Shown: piece after piece, positions 1 to 12,764 of the stretch
Layout: every line of letters starts with the position of its first letter
How positions within the stretch are numbered: position 1 is the first letter of the stretch
Origin: Lytechinus pictus
Taxonomy: Eukaryota
Length of the DNA: 64,000 bases
Direction: 5' to 3'
NCBI RefSeq assembly: GCF_037042905.1
Contig: NC_087250.1
Location: forward strand, 7,752,001 to 7,816,000
The notes under the pieces: model-generated
What the model saw: the letters and a program-made list of their open reading frames with translations, nothing else
Told to the model about the DNA's origin: nothing
Databases searched by the model: none
Made by a program: the position numbers and the translations under genes

Positions 1-997
1 CATCACAATCCTTATACCTGTTACCAATCATTACAATCCTTTTACCCTGTTACCGATCATCACAGACCTTATACCCTGTTACCAATCATTACAATCCTTA
101 TACCTGTTACCAATCATTACAGACCTTATACCCTGTTACCATACATTACAAAACTTATACCCTGTTATCAATCATCACAAACCTTATACCCTGTTACCAA
201 TCATCACAAACCTTATACCCTGTTACCAATCATTACAATCCTTATACCTGTTACCAATCATCACAAACCTTATACCCTGTTACCAATCATTAAAAACCTT
301 ATACCCTGTTACCAATCATTACAATCCTTATACCCTGTTACCAATCATCACAAACCTTATACCCTGTTACCAATCATTACAATCCTTATACCCTGGTCCC
401 TGTTACCAATCATCACAAACCTTATACCTTGTTATCAATCATTACAAACCTGATACCTTGTTATCAATCATTACAAACCTGATACCCTATACACAACCTG
501 TTACCAATCATTACAGATCTTATACCCTTTACACAGCCTGTTACCAATCATTACAAACATTATATCCTGTACACAGTCTGTTACTAATCATGACAAACTT
601 TATACCCTGTACACAGCCAGTTACCAATCATTACAAACATTATATCCCGTACACAGCTTGTTACTAATCATGACAAACTTTATACCCTGTTACCAATCAT
701 TACAATCCTTATACCCTGTTACCGATCATCACAAACCTTATACCCTGTTACCAATCATTACAAACCTTATACCTGTTACCAATAATTACAAACATTATAC
801 CCTGTACACAGCCTGTTACCAATCATTACAATCCTTATACCATACCCTGTTACCAATCTTGAAAAATCTTATACCCTATACACAGCTTGTTACCAATCAT
901 TACAAACCTTATACCCTCTTACCAATCATTACAAACCTTATACCCTGTTACCAATCATTACAGACCTTATACCCTGTTACCAATTATTACAGACCTT
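1..997. repeat. Minisatellite with a ~29-bp unit (CCTTATACCCTGTTACCAATCATTACAAA) and ~40-bp variant units; runs off the left edge
   Basis: Direct tandem periodicity (e.g. CCTTATA at 182 and 211). ORFs 458-1195 are translations of this repeat. Confidence 0.95.
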
Positions 998-1447
998 GTG
1001 CTGATTGGTGTAGGGACATTGATGGAAATAAATTCAGATCTGAAATCAGTTGAACTTCAAATTCTCTTACCATGTTCATTTTCTAGTTACTTCCTTGTTT
1101 TACTTGTACACCACTGTAACCAGCGAGGGGGGGGGGGGGGGGAGGTTGGCACTTCCCCCTTAATAGAAATTATGAAAACCTACATTATTTACTGAAAATT
1201 TTCAAAAAATTCATCATAAAAGTGCACAAAGTTCTTCACTTTGAATTTAGAAAATGAAAAAGCGCCCCTATGACAAGCTTGATTTCTTTGATCGCTCACT
1301 TATGAGTTTCTTAAAAAAAATTTTGGTGTGTCTTGCCCCTGGAAAGAAATTTCTGCTTACCGCCATGACTCTCATGCCAGGTGTGAACCTAATTTCAATG
1401 TGTGTTTGGGTGACCTTTGACCTCTGTATTGTTCTCTGTGACCCTAG

Positions 1448-1501
1448 GAGGAGGAAGGATATTTAGAAGAGATGAATACTAAAGAATTGATAATGGTTTA
1501 A
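1448..1501 (+). CDS. Possible terminal coding exon of an upstream gene (EEEGYLEEMNTKELIMV*)
   Basis: Pyrimidine-rich acceptor TGACCTTTGACCTCTGTATTGTTCTCTGTGACCCTAG|GAG. Open phase-0 frame to TAA at 1499-1501. ATTAAA near 1726. No homology recognised. Confidence 0.3.
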   Translation, partial: EEEGYLEEMNTKELIMV

Positions 1502-1835
1502 TCTTTCCTGTAGACAAACGTTCATTCAAAGCCCATTATAAGACTGGAAGTTGTACGCGATATCAGTGGAGGCCACTTTTCAGACAAAAGTTGCTGGCAA
1601 AGAGAAGAGAAAAGAATAAGATTAAAAAAGGATTATGTGAGACAAGACATAATCACTGTTTGAGAGACTCATCTAAAGGAGACTTATTACAGACCTCTTG
1701 TTAATATGAGGGAAACATGTACTGTATTAAATGTATTTGAAAAAATGAAGTGTACACATAGGTACTAAAAATGTGAGTAGCAGTTAGCAATTCCATTTAT
1801 TTGAATGAAGGATGAAAGAACACTAGATTGAAGCT

Positions 1836-2170
1836 ATATGAGAAAGTCTCTTAAATCAAGGTTAATTGTCAAAATATTATCATACATCTAGATCTGGTAC
1901 TTTAATGTAGACTTATCTTTGTAAAATCATAAAATCTTAGCTCAAAATCAATAATTCTGACTATCACTAACACAGAAAGCTTCAAAAAATACCTGACATT
2001 TGATGGAATTCCGTGCTTATTTTGCTCATTTCTCACCAATCCCGCATTTTCATCCAGAGCCACTCGGCACATATTTTTCATTCATACATACAAACACTTT
2101 GGTGGTAATTTCATTGGATTCTGTTCAAACTAATTTTGAGATAGTTACCACAACTGGTATTCATCTCTAA
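1836..2170 (+). mobile_element. 5'-truncated copy of Kolobok-like MITE family A
   Basis: Colinear similarity to the full copies at 47255-47645 and 53275-53685. Confidence 0.75.
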
Positions 2171-2480
2171 ATGCTTTGCGCATGGGCATAAGTGCCCCAT
2201 GGCCGGGATTGAACCTCAGACTTATGTGTCAAGTCAGGCGCCTTAGACAAGTTGGCCACAGCACCTTCTAATACTAACATAATGCTGAATGAATCCATTC
2301 AAGTAATTTTGCCAAAGCAGTGTCCAAATTATTATGTTTTCAATGTTTAACCTGTTGCTTGTATTTGCAATCAGGGTATGGATCTTAGCACTGATTCGGA
2401 GGGGGAGGGGGGGGGGGGGTCGGTGCTTTAACACAACCTAAGATTAGAAAGAGAGAAATAGAGAACGACAGAGCATGCAA

Positions 2481-2950
2481 TATGCTTTTCACACTGTACT
2501 TTTTTTCCTTAACCCCGGGAAATTGGTGGGGCTAAGGGGGGGCCCTAGCCCCACCAATTTCCCGGGGTTAAGCTTAGCCCACTTCGTTTTCACACTACGT
2601 TTTAGCAAAGTGGGCTAGCACGGTAAATAGTACGGTATTATCTGGCCCTGCAAAAAAGCAGGGTTAGCCGGCTTATTGTGGTGCTAGCACCACAATTGCG
2701 GTGCTAAGAGATGCAGTGTGAAACGAAACCGGGCTAAGGAAAAGTGGGGCTAAGCAATAGCCAATCACAGAAGTCGAAATTGCACGTTAATCACGCTCTG
2801 TGTGGTAAAATCATCAATATTCATGAGCTGTGGGATAGTCCGGGGTTAAGGTGTTAACCCCGGCTAAGCAGATAGTATGGGGTTAAGAAAGACAGTGTGA
2901 ATAAAAAAAAAGATAGTATGGGGTTAAGGAAATGCAATGTGAAAAGCATA
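2481..2950 (+). mobile_element. Harbinger/PIF-like MITE with TATGCTTTTCACA TIRs and 3-bp TSD
   Basis: Ends TATGCTTTTCACACTG...GCAATGTGAAAAGCATA, flanked by CAA/CAA. Internal GGGGTTAAG repeats. Inverted near-identical copy at 37275-37806. Superfamily inferred from TIR/TSD type. Confidence 0.8.
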
Positions 2951-3048
2951 CAAGAGTCAGAGTGTCACATTTGAGTTAGAACTGGCAGACAAAATTGTGG
3001 GCAGTGTCCTCTGAAAAGTAGTTTCCGGACCATTCTGGTACCTGACCT

Positions 3049-3440
3049 GGTAAATTGCCAATTCGTCTACTGCCAACTCGTCTACTCACCACATGGTCTA
3101 CTTTCATTTGGTCTAATGCCATTCTGTCCAACATTTCGTCTAACAACAATATGGTCCATTAACCATTTAGTCCAATTATCACTTCATCTAATCACCATTT
3201 CGTCCATGACCATTTGGTCTCATAACCAGTTGGACTAATATTCACTTCATTTTCATTCATTTTGCACAATTAACAAGTCCAATTAGATCAAATGGTATGT
3301 GGACTTAATGGCTATTGGATCAACTGGTTATTAGACAGAATGGCATTAGACCAAATGAAAGTAGACCATGTGGTGGGTGGATGAACTGATGATAGACCAA
3401 ATGATAGTAGATGAGCAATTGGACGAATTGGAAATAAACC
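3049..3440 (+). mobile_element. MITE family C (GGT...ACC termini, internal ~15-bp CATTTGGTCTA-type repeats)
   Basis: Imperfect TIRs GGTAAATTGCCAATTCGTC / GGACGAATTGGAAATAAACC. Imperfect 8-bp flanks CCTGACCT/ATTGACCT. Other copies at 8143-8513 and 35804-36208. Confidence 0.8.
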
Positions 3441-4061
3441 ATTGACCTTTCACTCATGTGTGTGCACCTGAATTCACAAAAGGGGTGCCGAGTTGGCCTA
3501 GAAAAGCAGAGCATTTCCTAATCAATTTTTGGGCTGCAAGTCCACCCGAGGAAAGAAGAGTAATTGCCAATCCAAACACAATGAGGCGGAAAAATTAGGC
3601 CCAAACAAAGCTTCATTGATGTAAAAAGTCAGTCACCTTACTCTGGGTTCATAGGTTTCCATACTATTGTATTGTAGAGAATAATGCATTTCATTTTGCA
3701 AGAGATTTTGCTGATGAGCTTTTGGCTGCTTTGAAAATTTTCTAATAAACTATTCAAATTCAATTCCTTTCAATTAGTTCATTTCAAATCAATTCACTTC
3801 AGTTTTCTTCATTTTGATGTAAAGGTAAAAGAAAGGAGTTGCAGCAAATGATTGTTTCATGAGAAAGTCTTTTAAATCAGGGTTAATTGCCACAATATTA
3901 TCATATATCTAGATCTAGTATACTGAAATAAACTGATCTTTGTGAAGTCATGAAATCTTAGCTGAAAACAGATAATTCTGATGATCACTAACATAAAAAG
4001 GCATATGTGGGACAGTGTATTAATGTTGCTTGAAAAAAATAATAAGAGTGAAATAATGCTC

Positions 4062-4640
4062 ATTAATACCTATACAAGTCATATTTCGCACGCTACTTTC
4101 CATCCGAGACCAACGAGGTAAACATTTGCCATGTTGCCCTCCCCGGGCTTTGCCCATAGGAATCCTGTACAAAACAGAGGGCAATATTGGCCATATTTCT
4201 GCTAATGTGCTTGCGCAGTAGGAGCCGATTTTGATCGCTAATTTCAGTATTTGAAAAATCTGGCTGGAACCAGTTTATGAACCAGTGCATTGTAGATTTC
4301 TACGCGTTAAGTGTATGTGCACGCCATGCATGACGCGCGACTGCAAGGTGACAATTTACGTCACAATGGCTTACTAATGGTTTCTTTGCTAAGTTCGTGA
4401 ATAACCTGAAATCAGAAGTAGTGATAAGCCAACAGGCTTAAAAATTGTTCCGAATAATAGCTTGAAATACACATTGTACAGCCTTAGGTAATAATAATAA
4501 TATTGACTGGCTCTTCTTCTGGAAACATCAAATATGTTGCACTTAAAAGAACCATATTGCCCTCGTCTTAAGACTCTGGCCAATATGATTCTGTTGCGGG
4601 CGACATATTTGATGTTCCCCTCAAGGCCAGTCAATATTAT
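4062..4640. mobile_element. Inverted-repeat plus long terminal hairpin element (family H2)
   Basis: IR ATTAATACCTA (4062-4072) / TAGGTAATAAT (4485-4495), followed by a ~145-bp imperfect palindrome at 4497-4640. Confidence 0.6.
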
Positions 4641-4892
4641 GTAAATATTTATAACGCGCTTTTCCCACATGGCCCAAATGCGCTCACAATGTCAGTTAAC
4701 TTATTTATACAAACAAAAAATCAGAATGACATATTAAATGAAGGCAGTTGCCTAGAACAAAAGAGTTTTAAGGGACTTCTTAAATGACTCAATTGTTGGG
4801 GATTGTCTTATTGTGAGAGGGAGTTTGTTCCATTCCATTGAGGATGAAACGGTGAATGTTCTATCTCCGGTCTGTATTCTTTTAGTTGGATA
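4641..4892 (-). mobile_element. 3' end of an L2/CR1-group LINE (ORF2 C-terminus plus 3' UTR)
   Basis: Minus strand 4892-4752 reads YPTKRIQTGDRTFTVSSSMEWNKLPLTIRQSPTIESFKKSLKTLLF*, matching the L2 ORF2 terminal motif GDR.F...W N.LP..IR.....FK..LKT.LF. Followed by a GCGCGTTATAAAT L2-type tail. Confidence 0.85.
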
Positions 4893-5065
4893 TGACATAT
4901 GCAAATACCTGACATTTTATGGAATTCCGTGCTTATTTTGCTCATTTCTCAGCAATTACACAGTTTTTCCCAGTGCCATTTGCCACATTTTTTTTTTATT
5001 CTTACATAAAATACTTGGGTGGTCATTATATTATGCGACCATTACAACAACTGGCATTTATCTTT

Positions 5066-5280
5066 AATTTGATTTGATTTAATTTAATTTTATTTTGATT
5101 TTTTATTTTATTTCATTTCATTTTTAATATTTTATTTTATGTTATTTTATTTTATTTCATTTTATTTATTTCATTTTATATTATTTCATTTTATTTATTT
5201 CATTTTATTTTATTTCATTTCATTTCATTTTATTTATTTTATTTCATTTTATATTTTTCTATTTCATTTTATTTTATAAT
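5066..5280. repeat. (ATTTT/ATTTC)n low-complexity microsatellite
   Basis: Direct pentamer periodicity. Confidence 0.9.
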
Positions 5281-6046
5281 AGTAATTGTATTGCTAAAGT
5301 GTTTTTTTTAAGAGATGTGGGCTGCTTGTAATTGGTTATAATAATATATCTAAGCTTTGATTTTGAATTAGAAAACCACATTGATCCTGAAAAGTTTGAA
5401 TGATATAAAACATTTTCTATGTGTGTACGAGATTGTCAGATTTTCGCAAACCACTTTCGTCTTTTATTTTCTCACTGAACTTTATCTGGACATGTCTGTT
5501 AGTTTTACCCCTTCCAGGACACCATAGCTAAACTTCCGAAGGAAAGCGATAATATCTTCCCTATTTTCATGAGCAAAACTTGGGAAAGATAATGGTCCAT
5601 TTGGCACGTAATCTACCCCAAAAGGAAGTATTTCGTTAATAGGAAGTAGGACGAAAGACCGCATTTGATAAGCCCTGCATTGATTTATCAAATGGATTGA
5701 TTTTGTCAAAGAGGAAAATAAGTGAATTGAATTAAATAGAAAAAATGGTTTCGACAGAAAGAAACATGTTCTAATAATACAAAACATTTACAGCATGCTT
5801 AATATATGCTTTTTTTAGTGCACTATTTTGTGTTAAAACTAGGTAATTAAATGAAATGGGCATAATACATTTTGAAAATCATTAAAAAGTGAATTATGAA
5901 ACAACATCATCTTGTTTATTAAATGACCCCTTTGAAGTAATGTTTTAGTGGCCCAAAGATGGAGTGGTATGTACATGTATGCAGTGCTTTTGATATAACC
6001 ATACGGAGAAGGTGCTACGTCAAATGACTATTGGCTTGGATTAAAT

Positions 6047-6322
6047 TAATAATAATAATATAATAGCTGGATTTATAAAGCGCTTTTTGCCAGAGGATAC
6101 AAAGCGCTGCTATTATTACCCCTGCGTTAACTCGAGATACCATAATCGGCGCTCAGTGCGTGCAAGGAATTACTCCTGCCGGGTACCCATTCACCTCACC
6201 TGGGTCGAGTGCAGCACAGTGTGGATAAACTTCTTGCTGAAGGAAAACATGCCATGGCTACGATTCGAACCCACGACCCTCTGTTTCAAAGGCAAAGTCA
6301 GAACCACTCGACCACGACCATG
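6047..6322 (-). mobile_element. tRNA-derived SINE with CORE-like centre and L2-type tail
   Basis: Minus strand: A box TGGTCGAGTGG, B box GGTTCGAATCG, CCTTCAGCAAG...GACCCAGGTGAGGTGAATGGGTACC, then GCGCTTTATAAAT...(ATT)n tail. Partial copies near 2170-2265 and 12865-13065. Confidence 0.85.
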
Positions 6323-7427
6323 AAGCTTTGGTCATTCCCTTGTTGACCTTAAGGATTGCAATTATGATTCGAATTGTTGATCAACAAGTGTGTCTTGATA
6401 CAAGACTAGCACAGCCACAACTGATTACCTTCAGTGCATAAGGCCCAGTCGGGTACTTGAACCTTCATATTCGGATCAATTTCCTTGATCAAAGGGTTTG
6501 CACAGCAAACCACCCCTTCTCCTTGTGAAAGGGAGGTGGGGGGGGGGGTAGGATGAAAGCACAGACTAAAATTTGAAACTTTACAACTAATTCCATGTGT
6601 AGAAGGAAGACTAGTGTTGTTAGACAGAGTTTTTTTCTCAATAATTTTCTCAATAATTCAAATTAATCCATTTATAATTATGTATCTGAGTAATATTTCA
6701 CCCTATAATAATGTTATATTTTCTGTATTATGCATTCATATTGAAGATATTCTGTATATTTCCAACTTATCATTGATTACAATTCGTAATTACTTGTATA
6801 AACTTAACTTTTTTGTATTATCACCTGGTAATAATTACGATTATTATGTTTTATGTATTATTTATGTATATTAAGATTGGGTGCCTTTTACTTTGTAAAT
6901 CAGACTCTGTATCTGTTTGGGTTTTTTACCGTATGAAAATATAATTTATCTATCTATCTATCTATGTCAAACTCTCTGTGTACAGCCAGCCACAGTACAT
7001 AGTGAAACTAGTCTCAGTACTTCAGACTCTGCATTATGCACTAGGCAAATTGCGAAATCCAAAGGTCTGTGCTTGCAAGCCCAGGGGGGGGGGGGGGGGG
7101 GCTTCAAGTGTTCCGGAAAAAAAAGAGAAATATCGTCGGGCCCCATCTGTGTCAATATAACCATGACCTTTCCTGACCTTATTGCGAAGTCGGATAAAGA
7201 CAATATTTCCTCCCATTCAAGTCCTACAATGACAATGGCAGACTGGTTGACTCTGCAGAAACATTCATGTTTTATCTTCTTCTTTTTTTTATTTGTCATA
7301 AGGTAGACTGTACATTTTTTGACCTTCTATATAAGTTGAATGATGGCTTATCTCGAAGTATTATTATTTCAGACCAGAATATGCAAAACCAGTGTTCGTA
7401 TTGATCTTTTAAGTCTAAATAACGCTG

Positions 7428-7569
7428 CAGTCACATTTCCCCTACGGTGGCCATACGGCGAGTCGAAAACAGCCGTTTTGTTTATTTTTATTCATACCAA
7501 CTACATGTAGCTGATACAAAAATGTTAAATGGCACCGTATGCCCGGCCACCGTAGGGGAAATGTGACTG
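7428..7569. mobile_element. Short palindromic MITE (CAGTCACATTTCCCCTACGG TIR)
   Basis: Long TIRs. Related copy at ~21027-21170. Confidence 0.7.
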
Positions 7570-7597
7570 GGCCATTAGCAAAAGTCAAACAGATTCC

Positions 7598-8065
7598 TTT
7601 ATATGACACCTAGATAGATCCTTGTGATTTGATTGGTTGTTTGATATCGTTCATTTAGCCCATTTTGCAATGACGTCATCAACTATGCAATTTTGGATTC
7701 ATTCATCGTGCAATTTGGGATCCATACGATTTTGTCCATTGCACGCGCGCACCGAGACTGCAGCTCATGCAGGCCCAGCAGTGCGCATGCATGTTGTAAT
7801 GACGTAACATTCACCAGACCAAACTCGCACTGCATGAGCAAGTTTTGCATCGAAATTCATAAATTTCATGTGAAAAAGAAAACCAATTTTTAGGTGTCAT
7901 ATAAACCAAATAATGAATGTTTTTTCATTCGTGCAATGGACAGAATACTTCATTCGATTAAAGATGAAATAATGATCCATTCAACTCGGCTAGCCTCGTT
8001 GAATGGATCATTTCATCTTTCACCTCATGAAGTATTCTGTCCATTGCACTCGTAAACATTCGTAT
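7598..8065. mobile_element. Inverted-repeat plus long terminal hairpin element (family H1)
   Basis: Perfect 15-bp IR TTTATATGACACCTA (7598-7612) / TAGGTGTCATATAAA (7891-7905), then a ~147-bp palindrome at 7915-8061. Second copy at 34570-35047. Confidence 0.85.
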
Positions 8066-8142
8066 ACTGGTCGCAAGAGATAATTGACTTGAGACGAGGA
8101 GTCACTGTAATGTTGTTTAGTTTGCTAGATACAGTGATTGTC

Positions 8143-8513
8143 GGTTTATTTTCAGTTGGTCCAATTACCAACTCTTCTCCTCATCACTATCCACAGGGTC
8201 TAGTTGCCATTTCGTCCACTCACCATTTCGTCTAATAACCGGTTGGTCTAATGGTCATTTTGTCCATTTACCATTTGGTCTATACTTTGGACCAAGTGCT
8301 AATTGATTGGCCGAAATGAATGAAAAGAAAATGGGTATTAGATCAACTGGTTATGAGACGAAATGGTCATACACAAACTGGTGATTAGACAAAGTGATGA
8401 TTGGACCAAATGGTTGTTAGATGAAATGTTGATGGATGGAATGGCATTAGACTAAATGAAGGTAGACCATGTGATGAGTGGACGAGTTGGCTATAGACAA
8501 ATTGGCAATTTAC
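8143..8513 (-). mobile_element. MITE family C copy
   Basis: Reverse complement of 3049-3440. Confidence 0.8.
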
Positions 8514-8626
8514 ATTGTCAGTCGATCTCTTTCTGTAGTGGACTCCCATTCTTGCACAATACTGAAAACTGTTCGAAAGGTACCCTCTAATTGTTACCAA
8601 TGCCCTCGAAAATGTGTATGATTATA

Positions 8627-9176
8627 CAGTGCGTCCCAGAAAACGGATTCCCATGTCTTTTTTCTTCAAAGGAAAATGAATTATTATGTTTCATGTACAT
8701 CATCATACAAGTTAATTATTCCTCTATATTTTGATACCTAATATGAGAGAAACACTCCACACGTTAATGAACAAGACCAGTTTTAAATTTTAATGTCAAA
8801 ATCAGGTTGCGCAGAAAAGTTGAACAGGATTGGTTCGTGACACGACGACCGTGCTTTTTCAACGACTGGCTTATCACTCTGTAGCATTTCTTGTGTATTC
8901 TTTGTTAAGACTAAGTTTCTCACACTGCATGATCCCTGAAATGAGAGTGGATTCAGATTCTTACTTGAGTTTCTGCGCAAATCATTTCTGATATGCCATC
9001 AATATTTAGTTTTTGTTATCTGCCAAACAATTTGCTAAGATGTTGGTCTCATAGTGAGGATGATATTCTAATCTTACTTACATGTACCATACATATCAAA
9101 TTTAGAATAAAAAACATATTTAATAATTGTGAAATCTGTCTCTGACAACGGGTTTCCTTTTTTGTGGGACACACTG
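8627..9176 (+). mobile_element. Tc1/mariner-like MITE
   Basis: TA|CAGTGCGTCCCA...TGGGACACACTG|TA: CAGTG termini with TA TSD. Confidence 0.85.
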
Positions 9177-9344
9177 TAGCATAGTACCTCGTTGGTGTTG
9201 TGTGAAAGTTGTCATAGTGCGCTTCCAGGATCTTTGCTTCCCACTCCGTTGTATCTGAAAAAATATACTCTCTGTGACTGGGTGCTATATATTTTATCAT
9301 CTGTTTCCGATACTCCTATCTGAATTCACATATTTATCCCACCT

Positions 9345-9760
9345 CAGTGAACTTCATTGTCAATACCAACTTTCCTTTTCCTGACAGAAGGAGGTTTGTG
9401 ACTTGTTATCATTGTCAAAAGGACACAAGGGACTAAATGACAAACTAGCTTTTCTTTCTCTATCAGAAAGACATCAACGATTATTTCACAGTCATAGAGA
9501 TGTAACTTCATGCCAACACTGGCTTTCCTTTCACTTTCATCAGGAGATAATTGACGTTGTATAAATTAATAACTTTCATTTCATTGTTAGAAGAAAATAT
9601 CTGTCTTCAAGTAAATTACTAGCTTTTCTTTCACTTTTAGAATGACACATACAGTGTATAAAGTGACTTTATGCCAATACTACTTTCCTTTCACTGACAG
9701 ATGGACCTAATTTACTATCTCTGCCAGAACTCAGAAGGACATGATTTTCTGTCACTGGGT
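9345..9760. repeat. Diverged ~160-bp tandem repeat (about 3 units)
   Basis: Recurrent ACTT(C/T)AT...CAATAC...CTTTCCTTT near 9350, 9505 and 9665. ACTAGCTTTTCTTTC near 9444 and 9618. Confidence 0.6.
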
Positions 9761-9901
9761 TTTTTGGTGGGATGATGATGTTGAAACTAAGCCCCCCTGT
9801 CCTTTTCATTTGACACTCTGTTCATTCATATTCATAATTGTCCTTGAATGATAACTAAGTTTTATTCATCATCAGAGCACAATAAGGGATAGGGAAAGAG
9901 C

Positions 9902-10517
9902 CAGAGTTTTGCTCAATTACTTTCTTTAATTACAATTAGTCATTTACAGTTACGTAATTGAAAAAACATTCAATTACAATTACTTTTCAATTAAATTACA
10001 TTTCTTTAATTACAATTACCAATAACTTTTGTCAATTACAGTTAAAAAACTATTACTTCCTAAAGAGTCATAAATTAAATCAATTTATATTTTGTATGTA
10101 GAGCACCCATTTCAACATAATTTCCAGTTAGAGAGAAACTGACAAAAGGAATATTTAATAGTTTAGAGTGCATTGATCCTGCCTATCGCTCCCCTTAATG
10201 CTAAAATCAATTGACATTCTCAATAATATGTAGATCTGCATGCTTCATTTGTAGAAATCATGACGTACAACATGTAAACTCAAGGGAGAAGAGAAATAAG
10301 CAATCCAGAATTAATTGAATAATAAATTAAGTAATAAAAGTTATGTAATTGAATGTAATTAACAGTTTAAAAGTAATTGATAGTAATTTAAGTCAATTAC
10401 AATTTTTCAATTACAATTACATTCCCTTTTAAAATTTCAATTACAAATTTCAATTACTCAAAAAAATGTAATTAATTACGTTATTGATCAATTACTTTGT
10501 GATTGAGCCCAACCCTG
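9902..10517 (+). mobile_element. hAT-like MITE with CAATTAC subterminal repeats
   Basis: CAGAGTTTTGCTCAATTAC...GATTGAGCCCAACCCTG termini. 8-bp TSD GAAAGAGC/GAAAGAGT. Confidence 0.8.
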
Positions 10518-10661
10518 GAAAGAGTGCTGTCAGTAAATATAAATGATGTAAACAAAATTTTGACATCTTTGGCTTCCCATAATTTGAGACCATGGCATTA
10601 CTTAACCAGGACTTCAGAATTCGGTCATTGGGTTCATCATGTTCCATTGCTTGAATACTCC

Positions 10662-11216
10662 CCCGGGGGGGGGGGGGGGGCACTCGACCAAAAAAGTAGT
10701 AGGGATGTGCCGCGGGCGAGACAAAAAACGGGGGCCTTGGAGCGGGCTAATTGTAAAAAGGAGGGTCCTCAGAACGGGCTTCAGCACTACAAATGTTTGT
10801 GAAAACGGGGGTCCTTGGAACGGGTCGCCTGCATGTGAGTGCGTATGCATCCCTATTTGGAACGGGCATACGTGCATGCAGCTAGCCCGGCGGCACGGGC
10901 GCCGGGTGCGCTAGCGCAGAGGCGATAGTCGGATAGTGCTCTGCGGCCGCTTTTCATCAAAATTGCGGCTCATTGTAGCAGATCAATGCGACCGGAACGG
11001 CGGAACGGAAAATATGCAAAGCTTTGGAGCGGATTTCTTTCTTCTTTTTTCACGATAAGAAGAAAATGATATGCCTTGGAGCGGCTTTCTTTTTTCTTTT
11101 TCTCAATAAGACAAAAATGCTATGCCTTGGAACGGAAATTTGAGTGTAAAAATGGGGGTCCCCTCCGCGGCACATACCCACTATGCATTATATACTGAGT
11201 GCCCCCCCCCCCCGGG
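10662..11216 (+). mobile_element. Non-autonomous DNA transposon with CCCGGG(G)nCACTC TIRs and perfect 8-bp TSD
   Basis: AATACTCC at 10654-10661 and 11217-11224. TIR CCCG(G)nCACTC / GAGTG(C)nGGG. A related right end occurs at ~61415-61535. Confidence 0.9.
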
Positions 11217-12764
11217 AATACTCCCCAGTGAGTGGAGAATGTACTTTAATATTGTGTGTAGACAGGACTCAGTACAATGACCGGTGAAAACCTTCAAAGT
11301 GTTTATAGAATAGAAATTGCCATTGTATTGAAGCATTGTATATTAAAGGGATAATATTTATCATACTCCCCAGGGAGTGGGCAGTGTGTGCCTGTTTGTA
11401 CTCCTGTCATTGTGATAGAGAGTAATATGAAAACAGTAAGCATTTATTATGACCTACCTTTGTTTTATTCTGTTTGAACTTAATTTCCTCAACATTGTGC
11501 CCTTTATGTTGTTGGCCTCTTGATGACTTATTTATCTTATTTTCGTTAGATTTACAAGTTCTAATGTTTCTCTTGGCAATACTTACAAAATTATTCAGCA
11601 CAAGTAATGCAGTTTCTTCAAAATCACATAATTTGTATATAAAAATATAAATGGAGTAGCTAGTACAAGGCTTTATATGAACAAGATTGATCAATTATCT
11701 CCAGTGTGAATGATCTTTCAATTATTTCTAGTGTAAATGGCCTTCCTATCTTACCCCAAAACTCGGTCATCAAGATTTCTTTTCCTGCCTTTTCCGAAAA
11801 CAATGTTGTGCTTTTCCTTTTGTTTTCACTACGATAACACTTAACCTAAAGCTACTAAAGTTTCTCTCTTTCCTTTCCTCTGGCTCTTACTCCCTCTCTC
11901 CGTCTCTTTACCCTATTCCCCATCTCTTACCTTGTCTCTCTTTCCTTTGATGTTCACATTGTGCTTTCTTCCTGTCATTCATAATAGCTGAAAGCACCCA
12001 CACCCACAACCTCACCTGCACACGCACACGCACAACTGTACCCACACACACAAATCCATGACCACACCCACAGCCACACCTATACACACACACCCAGACA
12101 CCACACATACATACACTCGGCCTCACACACTCAAACCCTCAGCTATACACCCACACAGGCACTCCCACTCACATGTACTCACATACCCACACATGTATCA
12201 ACATACTCTCACCAACACCCACACCCGCATTTCTTCTAAATAGTTAAACCTGATCACCTTTCCACTCTTTGTCTCTGAGCAATCCATGAGGACTCCAGAA
12301 TTAGATAAAGATAAAATTTCACTCAATATGCACTGTAAATTCACTCCTTAAAGAGTGAATACTTTCACATATTTTTTTTTACACATTTTGAGAAATTCTA
12401 AATTGTTAGAAATCCATCAGTTGGTCTTTTTATCAAATAATTTAAGTTTTTTTTAAATATCAATTGCATCAATAGAAAATGAAGATATTTCCTCCAGATT
12501 CCCAATATTTTTCTCTGTTTTTATATCTTTTCCTATATATTCTTCTTTCTCCTTAAATATTTATATATCTCTCTATACCTGGTATTCCTTCCTAACACTG
12601 TTTTACCACTTTATTGGTTTCGGTTTGATAGCTCTTTGACACAAGCCATAAACTCTCTTTATTTCCTTACAACAATGTTTAGCTTTTCCTTTTGTTTTAT
12701 CAGTCCTAGCACTTCACTTCACTGCCACCACCCCACACCCACAATATATCACTGGCTCTATACA

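Larger units (their letters stand above)
3823..5063 (+). mobile_element. Kolobok-like MITE family A copy, split by nested insertions
   Basis: 5' half (3823-~4040) and 3' half (~4902-5063, ending TCT|TTAA) match copy 47255-47645. The interval holds a hairpin element and an L2 end. Confidence 0.75.

Noticed and set aside
1..997. 29-bp repeats as a CRISPR array; ORFs 458-1195
   Set aside because: Units are contiguous with no unique spacers, there are no cas genes and the context is eukaryotic. The ORFs are repeat translations.
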